Notes under the pieces: model-generated
What the model was told of the DNA's origin: nothing
The model's input: the letters and a program-made list of their open reading frames with translations, nothing else
Databases searched by the model: none
Translations under genes and position numbers: made by a program
Shown: piece after piece, positions 28,464 through 37,859 of the stretch
Numbering within the stretch: the first letter of the stretch is position 1
How the letters are laid out: each line of letters begins with the position of its first letter
DNA from: Blastocatellia bacterium
GTDB lineage: Bacteria; Acidobacteriota; Blastocatellia; RBC074
Reading direction: 5' to 3'
Assembly: GCA_035714085.1 (NCBI GenBank)
Contig: DASTMP010000285.1
Coordinates: 3,659 to 67,658 of the forward strand
DNA length: 64,000 nucleotides

Positions 28464-30443
28464 CTACCAGGATTGCTTTGCCTTGCGCCCCAGACGGTTA
28501 ATTAGCCAAAAGATGATCACCGTAACCAATGTTATCCCGGCGATGACCATCAGCGCCAGACTCAATTGTCCGCGCGAGGGGTCGGGTTGAACTTCAAAAG
28601 ACAGAAAATCGGCGCGTTCGATCTGTAAGCCGTCGGGCGTCGAGCCTTGCGCGACGACATCTACGCCGTAGATGCCTGATTCTTTCGGAACCCACATGGC
28701 GCGTTTTTCATCGCCGCCGCCTGTAAAACCGACTTCTTCGGTTCCGCCGTCGGGGCGGCGGATGAGAGCCCGGATGGTCGCTCCGGCGAGCCGGCGTCCT
28801 GCGAGTTCCAGCGAACTCGAGATCGTGACCGGTTGATCGGGCATCGTGACCATTCGATCTGCCCGCGCATGCAGCGTCACGCCGCCGACGACTTTGGCCG
28901 CGAGCGCGTAATCGGCGCCTCTGCCCGGCGTCTGCTGGGTGGCTTTCAAGTTGACCTTCCATGTTCCCGGCTTTGGATTATCGAATCCGCAGCCGAGCGT
29001 GAAGAGCGCCGCAGGATCCTTAACCTCGACAAGGCCGTTTGCGCCTGGAGTCAAGTTGATGACATTGCCATCCGCGCCGCGAACCGTGAGGTCCAGCGAG
29101 CGGGTCGTGTCGTAAAGCGCGAAACTGGCCACTGACAATTTATCGAGGTTGATGACGATTTCGCGACCGCCGCCGGCGTTTACGTGACCGGTAAAGACTT
29201 TCGTGAACTGCTCCGGCGCCGCGCTCGAAGCGGCCACGCTCGAAGCAAGAGGCTGGGGATCGGCCTCGGCGGGAAATTCTCCGGACTGTCTCAGCAGGCG
29301 CGGCGCGACGAAATCTTTGAAGATTCGCTCCGATCCGGTCATATCGGTGTGTAGCAGCGGCGCCTCGGAAATCGGCGCCGTGACGGCGGCGACACTCGGG
29401 CGGCTCACGACCAGATCGCTCGGCGTCGCCGTGCAGGGCGCTTTGAATGAATCGATGATAGGATTACCGGCCAGCAGATGGAAAGGAACGCCGTGGCGGC
29501 GCGTAATCTGGCGGTTGAAGACTTCGGCCAGATACGCCGGGCGGAGTTCCAACGTCGCCGGCAGATAAAATCCAAGCGACGCGGGCAAACTTGCGCAACT
29601 CGTCCCGCCGTGCGGCGAACCCAGCATAATCAATTGCGCCACATCGCGGTCTCCCATCAAGCGGTCAATGTAATAACGCGAGACCAATCCGCCCATGCCG
29701 TGCGCGACCAAATCTACACTCTGCGCGCCGGTCGCGCGTTTGACTCCGGCGACGTAGCGGGCAAGCTCTTCGGCGTTCTGCGCGATCGTCTTCGTCTGTT
29801 TGAGCGGCTGCGTAGGGTCGCCCATGAACATCTCTCCTCCAGCCTGCCCGTCGCCGACCGCGAATCCTCGCAAGCCTACCGCCGCCAGATAGCCGCCCGG
29901 CTTCGTGTATTCGGCCCATGTAGCGGCTTTCGACGCCAGACCATGAACCAGCACGACCGGGCGCGCGGAGACGCGCAGCTTAGCTGTCCCTGAAAAATTC
30001 ACCATGCTCGGATCGCCCGATTCGACGCGAATCTCGCGATCGGGAACTCCCTTGCCGTCTTTGCCCCAATACCAGCCAAGCGCGGGCGCGACCTTTGTTT
30101 CACAACTTTGGGCGCCGGCCGCGATGATGCATGCGTTGATCCGGCTCTCCTTGCGCTCGTCATCGGCAAACTTGAACTTAGCGACGTGAGCCAGATCGGT
30201 GGGTCTATCCAAAGTCACTTTCAGCTTCACCGCGTCTCCGTCGGCGAGCGATTCTACTTTCGCTGATCGCCCGTTCAATACTTCGAGCGTCGCCGAATAG
30301 GACACGACGGTTTTCGCGTTTTTTTTCTGGGGCTCGTCTCGCGGCATCTCAAACTGAACCCCCTGTTGAGCGCCGCTTTGCGGCGTCAGTATCGAGGCGG
30401 CAAGCAATAATCCGAAAAACAGGGACAAGGAGCCCCGGTTCAT
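28464..30443 (-). CDS. Secreted alpha/beta-hydrolase (lipase-like) with a C-terminal TM anchor
   Basis: Signal peptide. A lipase-type nucleophile elbow (VDLVAHGMGGLVSRYY) after VVLVHGLAS. A C-terminal hydrophobic helix (LALMVIAGITLVTVIIFWLI). Confidence 0.6.
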   Translation of the reverse strand: MNRGSLSLFFGLLLAASILTPQSGAQQGVQFEMPRDEPQKKNAKTVVSYSATLEVLNGRSAKVESLADGDAVKLKVTLDRPTDLAHVAKFKFADDERKESRINACIIAAGAQSCETKVAPALGWYWGKDGKGVPDREIRVESGDPSMVNFSGTAKLRVSARPVVLVHGLASKAATWAEYTKPGGYLAAVGLRGFAVGDGQAGGEMFMGDPTQPLKQTKTIAQNAEELARYVAGVKRATGAQSVDLVAHGMGGLVSRYYIDRLMGDRDVAQLIMLGSPHGGTSCASLPASLGFYLPATLELRPAYLAEVFNRQITRRHGVPFHLLAGNPIIDSFKAPCTATPSDLVVSRPSVAAVTAPISEAPLLHTDMTGSERIFKDFVAPRLLRQSGEFPAEADPQPLASSVAASSAAPEQFTKVFTGHVNAGGGREIVINLDKLSVASFALYDTTRSLDLTVRGADGNVINLTPGANGLVEVKDPAALFTLGCGFDNPKPGTWKVNLKATQQTPGRGADYALAAKVVGGVTLHARADRMVTMPDQPVTISSSLELAGRRLAGATIRALIRRPDGGTEEVGFTGGGDEKRAMWVPKESGIYGVDVVAQGSTPDGLQIERADFLSFEVQPDPSRGQLSLALMVIAGITLVTVIIFWLINRLGRKAKQSW

Positions 30444-30544
30444 AAGCGTATCTCCTCTTAGATATTAATCAGGCGGGGGACGAATCGGCGCCGAATATAA
30501 CATGAATCGGCGATTCTCTTGCCTCGCCGAAAGAATCAATGTAG

Positions 30545-30760
30545 AAAAAACATCCACGAAGCCACACGAAGCGGCGCGAAGATTTTCTTTTTTCTTTCGT
30601 GTTTATTCGTGCGGCTTCGTGGATGTTTTTCCGAGGAGTTCAACATGTCGCGTTGCGACGCCCGGAAAAGAATGAAAATCAACCACGAAGAAACGAAGAG
30701 CGCGAAGACTTTCTTCTGTTCTTTCTTCGTTTTCTTCGTTTCTTCGTGGTTATTTTCCGC
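30545..30760. promoter_or_regulatory. Two tandem about 88-nt hairpins in a divergent intergenic region
   Basis: Hairpin 1: aaaaacatccacgaagcc(a)cacgaag ... cttcgtgcggcttcgtggatgttttt (30545..30632). Hairpin 2: aaaatcaaccacgaagaaacgaaga ... tcttcgtttcttcgtggttatttt (30674..30760). Both arms share ccacgaag/cttcgtgg cores. Confidence 0.4.
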
Positions 30761-30775
30761 AGGAGACTGAAACGA

Positions 30776-31342
30776 ATGCCGACACGTGAAGAAGCCTGGA
30801 ACCTGCTCTGCGAGTGGACCGAGAGCGACAGCCTGCGCAAACACGCGCGCGCCGTCGAACACGCCATGCGGACTTACGCCCGAAAATACGGCGAGGACGA
30901 AGCGAAGTGGGGGATCGTGGGAATGCTCCACGATTTCGATTACGAGCGTTACCCGGATCAGCGACACCCGCAACTCGGCTCCGAAGTCCTTCGCGAACGC
31001 GGGTACCCCGAAGACGTGATCCGCGCCATCCTCTCGCACGCTGATTACACCGGCGTCAAACGCGAGAGCCTCATTGAACATGCCTTATTCGCCACCGACG
31101 AGTTGTGCGGGTTCTTGACGGCCTGCGCGCTAGTCCGCCCCGACAAGAGCTTCGATACGCTCGAAGTCTCGTCGGTCAAGAAGCGGATCAAGGACAAAGC
31201 CTTCGCCCGCACTGTCAACCGCAACGACCTGTGGGGCGGCGCCGAAGAGTTGGGGCTGAGCTTCGATGAGCATTGCGCGTTCGTGATCGCCGCGCTGCGC
31301 GAGATTCAGGAAGAGCTTGGAATGAAAGGCGCGGTTGCTTGA
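30776..31342 (+). CDS. HD-domain phosphohydrolase
   Basis: AGGAG RBS 10 nt before the ATG at 30776. H...HD motif (HA...VGMLHDFDYERY) plus downstream His/Asp (ILSHADY) of the HD superfamily. The six-frame ORF extends upstream through the hairpins, but that extension is a low-complexity F/R-rich translation. Confidence 0.7.
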   Translation: MPTREEAWNLLCEWTESDSLRKHARAVEHAMRTYARKYGEDEAKWGIVGMLHDFDYERYPDQRHPQLGSEVLRERGYPEDVIRAILSHADYTGVKRESLIEHALFATDELCGFLTACALVRPDKSFDTLEVSSVKKRIKDKAFARTVNRNDLWGGAEELGLSFDEHCAFVIAALREIQEELGMKGAVA

Positions 31343-31367
31343 CAGCCTCAACCGCGCTCAGTAGTAT
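31339..31367 (+). promoter_or_regulatory. Sigma70-type promoter for tRNA-Leu
   Basis: TTGACA (31339-31344), 17-nt spacer, TAGTAT (31362-31367), 13 nt before the first tRNA nucleotide. Confidence 0.4.
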
Positions 31368-31380
31368 GCCCACTTCTAGC

Positions 31381-31467
<87 letters not shown>

Positions 31468-31472
31468 AATTC

Positions 31473-31502
31473 AAAGGGGCGACCATATCGGTCGCCCTTT
31501 TC
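31473..31502 (+). terminator. Rho-independent terminator after tRNA-Leu
   Basis: aaggggcgacc-atat-cggtcgcccc followed by tttt. Confidence 0.5.
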
Positions 31503-31657
31503 ACTGAACAGATGCGCCATATTCATTCTCCACCTTTTGGCGCCGCCCCGCCATCTATCGAATTGACGAATTTCGGAGTAGAGCCGTAACAACTTCTGTT
31601 AGCACAGGACTCATAAAACATTCGCGTCCGCGCATTCGACTCTAGCGGCGAGTAAAG

Positions 31658-34600
31658 CTAGAGTAAAGCTAGAATGAATCCTCGCTCTAATAATAACTCA
31701 ATGATCGCCGCGGCAATTTCATAAAGCCCAACGCTGGCCGCAGTGAGGGTTACGGCTCCCCGCAGCGACACTGCATTCACTTTTTGGGACTTGCGGCCTC
31801 GAGCCTGGTCTCGGGCATCAATTTCCACTTGAGATGCTTGAAATACTTGGTAGACGATTAAGCCTGGGGCTGGAGACTCAAAGACCGCCCACCCGTTCGG
31901 AGCGGGCACCACACCTTGAGTTCCACTAATCCGTTGAGGCCCGGGCACGGCGCCCACGCCTGCTTCATGAAGCGCCGCACAATCCACAGCAACTTTGGCA
32001 AGTCCAATCTCCCCCCATGCCCAAGGTTTGATCTCGTAGGCGAACATCGGTGGAAGGTGTTCTGTCGAATATTCGAAAATATCGGGTTTTCTCTCTCCGA
32101 GAGCTCGAGCGATTTTGTCCGGAGTGGAACCGAAATCGCTGGCAATCTTATCGGCGATAGTTTGCACGTTAATCGTATTTGTAAATACCAGGTGCGATGG
32201 CGACGGGTGCCTTCCTTTGTAGTAGTTCGCGATCGCCTCATGGACTGCATTTCCAACGTAGAAATGTATATCCTGATTGCCGGGCGGATCCCAATCTCCA
32301 AAATCAAACGGCGCCGCCGCCATCGCCAAGGCGTTTGGTAGCTGTACGAGGCCTGCGGCTACTGCCGCAGCGTAAATGCTGGCAATTGCGCCCTCCGCAG
32401 CTTCGTCGCGAAATCCGAGCCGCTCCAAGATGCGGATTTGATCAACAGCCTTCAGCCTAAGCATTAGTTGGCCGAGTGATCCGGCCCCTTCGACATCGTC
32501 CGCAGTGCTAATCGTTCGCCCCCCATGAGCTATGAGTATAGCCTTGGTAGCCGCCAGCACACGATCATCGACGATCATGTCCTTTGTCCGCTCATTGAAA
32601 AGCTCAAGCCAAGTCATTCCGTCAAGGCTCGGTCCCTTGGAAGCCAATTGCTCAAGAACCCCTGATAGATCGCTCCATTCAAGCTGCTTCAGCTTATCGA
32701 CAACGACATAGAAGTCGTCACCGCTAGGCGAAGACGGCTTACCCAAAAGTTCGACTACGGCCTGGTAAGCCTGTTCGCTGGCTGAACTCCCAAATCCTTG
32801 CGATGTCACGCTATCAGCCAATGCAGAATTCTTAACTGTAACCGACTCAATAAAGCCACTAGGGTCTGCCGTTGTGGCGGTCACGTCTGTGCCACCACGA
32901 TTTATCGCGTCCACGCCAGCTTTCGCAACAGATGGTATTGCCTGGCGTTTCTCCTTTTCTAACTCCGCCTTCTTCGTCTCCCCCCCATCGATTTGCTGTT
33001 GCAAATGGTCCTTGACGAGCTGACCTGCCTCCTGCTTAGTGATGTCCCCGGAATTCTTCGCGGCGGTGATCGAGTCCATGATACTGCCGCTGTTCTGTGT
33101 ATTGTGTTGCTGCATGGCCATCTCCTTGGCCATCTCCCCAAACGCTTTGGCGTTTTCCTGATTCGACAGATAGGTGCGCAAGACGTTTTGCTGGTTTGCG
33201 TCCAGCCCGGTAATGTCTTTGAAGACGCCGCTCTTGCCAAGCAGTTCGGACAATCCGGCTAAGCCGGCGCCAGGCGCGGGAGAGGCCGGCGCGTTTTGGA
33301 TATTGACGATCGGCGTCGCGAAATCCTTGAAGGCGGCCTGCCAGTCCGTGACGACGGGTGTCGGCGGCGTCACCGGCGAAATGGCTGTAGGCTCATCGGT
33401 GTTGGGGAACCTGGTCCAGTCTTGCAGACGATCCGTCTCGATTTTCTCACAGGCGTTGCAGACGCCCTGCACGGCTTCCGCGAACACACCTTTGGTGGGA
33501 ACACTAATACGATAGGGCTCGATCGGTGTCAGTGGTTGATAGTGGTCGAGCAGCGAAACTATCTCGGCGCCATCTCCGATTTGTTCCACGATGTACGACT
33601 GGCTTACCTTGTAGCCGGCCGCGACCGGAAATACCAGAGAATTGCCGGTGATGGTAATCAGTTCGTTCTTGACCACGGAGGCGAGGCTTCGCGATCCGAT
33701 CGGCAAGCCGAAATCGTTGAAGTTCTGAATATTGAAACCGTCCAGCAGCATAAAGCGCCGGTCAGGATCCAGGTTGTACCAAAGCGCCTTGTTGTAATAC
33801 TCGATACTGCTATTCAAGTGCTCGAGCAACTTATAAACCAGATAGGCGTCCTCTTTTCGAGGGCTCCGTTTTTCTTCGGCGTTTTCCGGAATGAAGAGGG
33901 CGGCGCCGGTGTCGTCAAACAAATCGTCGTTGACGTTGCCGCTGTATAGCACACCGTTGTAGTGGGCGGTGGAATAGGAGATCGTCAGATTCTCGACGTT
34001 GAAGGTAATGTAGTTCTTCAGGTCCCTGAACTTCTGGTCCCTCACAGTCAGATTTAGTTGCTGCGGGAGCTGATTTCTTTTTTTGGAAGTCGAGCCGGTC
34101 AGGTTCAACCGGATCACTCTCTCCCCGCCTTTGTACTTTGTTTCGCTGGAGAAGTCGGTCGAAAATTCCGAGAGAGTGATGTCGGATACTATCTTTTCAA
34201 AGATGAGCGGGGCGATGTCGTTATAAAAGATTGCGTCCCATTCGGAGATCAAGTTTCCCTTGAAGTATGCATTGAGCATTGTCAATACATCGGTGTAGCC
34301 CAACAGGTTCGCATAAATCGTCCATTGCTTCTTATCATCATCGTTATCAGCGAAGAAGTCTAATATAGAAAAAGTGGGACTTATAGATCCTAGGGGACCA
34401 ATTGAAATCGTCGCCGGAGGTTTGAAGTTTACGACCCGAATACATTCTGCCGGAGGGACGCTTTGATAGTTTGCATCCAAACTCATGAAAGCATCAAATA
34501 TGGCTTGTCTAACTAGCACTTCGTGTTGGGTGGTGGTGTATTGAAGCCCTGGTGGATGTGGTGGAGGATCAACTATGAGGGATAATCCGAATGTCAAAGG

Positions 34601-37600
34601 GGCTATCGCAGCCTGCTTTGCAGAGTACTCAGCCATTCTTCGCGCGAAGTCGAGGTTGGCGGCAGCCGTCGCTTCAGGGTCGATTTCCTTAGTGGTGAAG
34701 GTTTGAGTGGTAATGGGGAGCGACATGATCCTGTCGAATCGCGTCCGTGGCCTTGGCAATTCCACTCTGATGCGCATGTTTCCCCTGATGAACTGTATTC
34801 GTTCGTCGTCATATGCCCCCTCAGGGTAGTCAACGTTGGCGTAATTGGTCTTGATCCTCTCATTGGCGTCAAACGCTTTCAGTAACGGATGCTGGCTGCC
34901 AGACACGGACATAGAGTTGAAAGATTGCAGATAGGTTTCCGCGGGCATCGGTAGCAGGAATTTCGCGAGCACGTCCCGCCATTTATAAATATTTTGCGCC
35001 GTGAAATTGGTCATCAAGAGCGGCACGAACACGCACTCCTCCACCGACGACAATTTCTGAAATATCGCGTAATGACGCAGCACCTCGAAATACATCATGG
35101 TCAATGCGTGGCAATGATTGTGATTGGCGACGACTTCGCTGGTTACACCATACTGCTGCCCTTCTTGGACCGTAGTGACGACCGAGGCATTGAGTTGCCG
35201 ATAAGAGTCCGCATTCTGCATGATAGATTGACGCAACTTTTCCTGAAAGAACTGGGAAATGTTGCGTGAACTGTCTTGTGAAGCGTTAGAATTAGCGTTA
35301 GCCACGCCCCCTGCTATTCCCAATACGGCGCTTCCGGAACCGCCGTAACCAGTCCCGCCCCCATAACCAGAACCACCAGTGCCGAATCCCGCGCTGATGC
35401 CGCTGGTATTTGCCGAACTGCTGCCTCGCAATGATTCCGTGATGCTTCCACCAAGTTGGTTGACGATTTCACGCTCATCTACAATTCCCGCCGTTAGGCG
35501 CTCACCTTGAGAGAGCGCTTGAGATTCTGCGCCCACTAGGCGGTGGGAAGAATCGAACACGACGATTTGCTTTTTCTGGCCGGGCGCCAATGGCAGTGAA
35601 TAAATCAGCTCGCCCAGGGAATATCCGTCGGCTTTAATTTCGGATTTGTAGTGGAGAATATGTCCAGTCGCGACAGTGACGGCCTGATATAAAGAGAGGT
35701 GTTGGTCATCATCCTGCCATGCCACAGGGTTATCCAAATCGACACGCTTACGTTCCCGTTTCTCCGCGCCTCCAACCAGCTCATAATGGGTTTCCGTCCG
35801 GGGGACCAAGGCCGCCTGCAGGTGAGCCTTCAACTCCCTGGCGTTATCTTGAACAGCTTTAAAAGCAGCATAATTCTCGATTTCGCTTTCGGGAACGATG
35901 ACATTGAACAGATAGATGATCGCATCAACGCTGTTTAGCGCAGTGGTTATATCAGCGCTCGAAGCGTTGGCAGAGATACTGCGCATGGCATCAATTTTTG
36001 CATACGCGTCGCGAAGTTTCTGTGAGTCATACCACTTTCCGAATATGGGATTTCTTACAGCTGAATCCAACGCGGAAACAGAGCGCGAGATTTCCGAAAG
36101 AAGCACAAGGGCGATGCCCGGTTGCGCGACATCAACCTTTTTCAAAGTGTAGTTCGCTACATCGGGATCCGAGGTGCGAACGATGGCCTGGTAGTTGAAC
36201 TCGCTGAGAGTCCGGTTGGGCGTCGAGAGATTAACGCAGGATCCGCCGATGTCCTGGGAATATTCGTCCGATCCGATCAAGTCCGCCTGATCGGGAAGAC
36301 GAGAAACTTTTTTCTTCGTCTGACAATCACAGTCTTCTTTGGTATCGACATGCGGGCACTCGAGATCGTTGATCAACAAGTAAAGGAAATCGTCGGCAAT
36401 CGTCTGGTCACCGTTCCTGACGGCAGTCACATTCATCGCGGCGGGGCTGTTGGGAGTCACGGAAACCAGCGCCTGGGCCTCGGTAAACACGCCAAACGGA
36501 TAGGGCATGGAAAAATTGCCCACGCAGTCTGTCGTGCCGGCTCCGACAATTCTCCAGAGCGTATCCCCCGGCGCTTTGGCCTGGATCACCACCGTCAGGT
36601 CTTTGAGCGCGCATTCCTTGCCGAACTCAAGGACCTGGCCCCTCAGTTTCTTTGCCTTGTCATGAATGAGGCGCTTATCCGCGGAAACCAGTATGACCGG
36701 TTTCTGTAAAGGGACTTTTATTTCAAGATATGCAAGACGTTGATCGTTGGCCTGGTATTCCCTAGACCAGAGCAGTGAACCGTCAAAGGATTTGACCTTG
36801 ACCCAAACCGGACTCACTACGTTGTCGTACAGGCTGAGTTGACTGTCGGGGAACGAGAATAATACTGTTGAGTTATCCTGAATTTGGATATCGTCCGTGA
36901 ATGGATAGTGAAGTATTTGCACATCCTCCATTCGCGATTCGGAGAATTCCACTGACAGATCGTAAAACAGGAAATCCTGCTTTGAAACTATTTGGGATAT
37001 GTCGTTAGTGACAATCGTGAACTTCCCGGCAATCATCGACAACGGCAATTTCTGGTCGCTCGGCAAATGAGAAGGCATGGTTTTGTCGACGGCTACTTGT
37101 GATTTCGCTGCGAGAGTTTCGAGCCTGTTGAATTGGGCGACCTCGGTCGAGACTGAGAGGGCTGATTTTGCATCGGATTTATCAGACTGCAGCAGGGTGG
37201 TAGGCTGCTGCAGGCCGGGCGCGCGTTCCATCATTTGAGTGTTGAATAAGACCCTACTCAGTTCTTTCGAATCACCGGGCGAACTCAAAGAAATTACGTC
37301 CGGGCGCGGGTCGGCGGCAGTAGCTGTTATCGGCGGCATTTCTGCGCGCGCAAGAGCTGGGTTTTGTTCAACATCCGCCTTAATAACGCGGAAGGATGAA
37401 ATGAACTCGATCGGCTCTTTCAGGCATGGGACCTGTCGGCCCACGCAGTTGCATACGGGAGTGTATTCTACGCTGTCACCGGGACTGAAGGCTGGGAATT
37501 GCGCCTCGAAATACTGGGCCTGGTTGGTGAGGTCATTGCGCAGCCAGGCGGCGGGAATGGACTCCACCGGCCCCTGGTTCAGACGATAACGCAGCTCGAT

Positions 37601-37735
37601 GCGGTAGCTTGCATCGGGCGGCTGGATTCCAATGATCACAGATTGGGACGCGCCCTCCGCGACGGTGTCCGCCGGGGCGGGGGCATCTTCTGTCCCATAC
37701 CACAAGACCATTCCATCATGCTCAAACCTCGCCAT
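31658..37735 (-). CDS. Giant uncharacterised cytoplasmic protein (about 2,025 aa) in an operon with an encapsulin shell gene
   Basis: Perfect AAGGAGG RBS 6 nt before the ATG at 37735. The ORF track's earlier start at 37804 lacks an RBS. No signal peptide or TM segment at the N-terminus. One Gly-rich segment (GFGTGGSGYGGGTGYGGSGS). No catalytic motif I recognise. GC is about 50% against about 62% for the flanking genes. Confidence 0.7.
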   Translation of the reverse strand: MARFEHDGMVLWYGTEDAPAPADTVAEGASQSVIIGIQPPDASYRIELRYRLNQGPVESIPAAWLRNDLTNQAQYFEAQFPAFSPGDSVEYTPVCNCVGRQVPCLKEPIEFISSFRVIKADVEQNPALARAEMPPITATAADPRPDVISLSSPGDSKELSRVLFNTQMMERAPGLQQPTTLLQSDKSDAKSALSVSTEVAQFNRLETLAAKSQVAVDKTMPSHLPSDQKLPLSMIAGKFTIVTNDISQIVSKQDFLFYDLSVEFSESRMEDVQILHYPFTDDIQIQDNSTVLFSFPDSQLSLYDNVVSPVWVKVKSFDGSLLWSREYQANDQRLAYLEIKVPLQKPVILVSADKRLIHDKAKKLRGQVLEFGKECALKDLTVVIQAKAPGDTLWRIVGAGTTDCVGNFSMPYPFGVFTEAQALVSVTPNSPAAMNVTAVRNGDQTIADDFLYLLINDLECPHVDTKEDCDCQTKKKVSRLPDQADLIGSDEYSQDIGGSCVNLSTPNRTLSEFNYQAIVRTSDPDVANYTLKKVDVAQPGIALVLLSEISRSVSALDSAVRNPIFGKWYDSQKLRDAYAKIDAMRSISANASSADITTALNSVDAIIYLFNVIVPESEIENYAAFKAVQDNARELKAHLQAALVPRTETHYELVGGAEKRERKRVDLDNPVAWQDDDQHLSLYQAVTVATGHILHYKSEIKADGYSLGELIYSLPLAPGQKKQIVVFDSSHRLVGAESQALSQGERLTAGIVDEREIVNQLGGSITESLRGSSSANTSGISAGFGTGGSGYGGGTGYGGSGSAVLGIAGGVANANSNASQDSSRNISQFFQEKLRQSIMQNADSYRQLNASVVTTVQEGQQYGVTSEVVANHNHCHALTMMYFEVLRHYAIFQKLSSVEECVFVPLLMTNFTAQNIYKWRDVLAKFLLPMPAETYLQSFNSMSVSGSQHPLLKAFDANERIKTNYANVDYPEGAYDDERIQFIRGNMRIRVELPRPRTRFDRIMSLPITTQTFTTKEIDPEATAAANLDFARRMAEYSAKQAAIAPLTFGLSLIVDPPPHPPGLQYTTTQHEVLVRQAIFDAFMSLDANYQSVPPAECIRVVNFKPPATISIGPLGSISPTFSILDFFADNDDDKKQWTIYANLLGYTDVLTMLNAYFKGNLISEWDAIFYNDIAPLIFEKIVSDITLSEFSTDFSSETKYKGGERVIRLNLTGSTSKKRNQLPQQLNLTVRDQKFRDLKNYITFNVENLTISYSTAHYNGVLYSGNVNDDLFDDTGAALFIPENAEEKRSPRKEDAYLVYKLLEHLNSSIEYYNKALWYNLDPDRRFMLLDGFNIQNFNDFGLPIGSRSLASVVKNELITITGNSLVFPVAAGYKVSQSYIVEQIGDGAEIVSLLDHYQPLTPIEPYRISVPTKGVFAEAVQGVCNACEKIETDRLQDWTRFPNTDEPTAISPVTPPTPVVTDWQAAFKDFATPIVNIQNAPASPAPGAGLAGLSELLGKSGVFKDITGLDANQQNVLRTYLSNQENAKAFGEMAKEMAMQQHNTQNSGSIMDSITAAKNSGDITKQEAGQLVKDHLQQQIDGGETKKAELEKEKRQAIPSVAKAGVDAINRGGTDVTATTADPSGFIESVTVKNSALADSVTSQGFGSSASEQAYQAVVELLGKPSSPSGDDFYVVVDKLKQLEWSDLSGVLEQLASKGPSLDGMTWLELFNERTKDMIVDDRVLAATKAILIAHGGRTISTADDVEGAGSLGQLMLRLKAVDQIRILERLGFRDEAAEGAIASIYAAAVAAGLVQLPNALAMAAAPFDFGDWDPPGNQDIHFYVGNAVHEAIANYYKGRHPSPSHLVFTNTINVQTIADKIASDFGSTPDKIARALGERKPDIFEYSTEHLPPMFAYEIKPWAWGEIGLAKVAVDCAALHEAGVGAVPGPQRISGTQGVVPAPNGWAVFESPAPGLIVYQVFQASQVEIDARDQARGRKSQKVNAVSLRGAVTLTAASVGLYEIAAAIIELLLERGFILALL

Positions 37736-37859
37736 ATTCACCTCCTTGTTCAGGATGGCATAGGTGCGCCATTCAATATCCCTTCGACAGGCCGAGAGCG
37801 CCACTCACTCCCTGGCCGTCTCCATTCTGGCTCTTCTCCAGGCTCGGATTCCCGACCCT

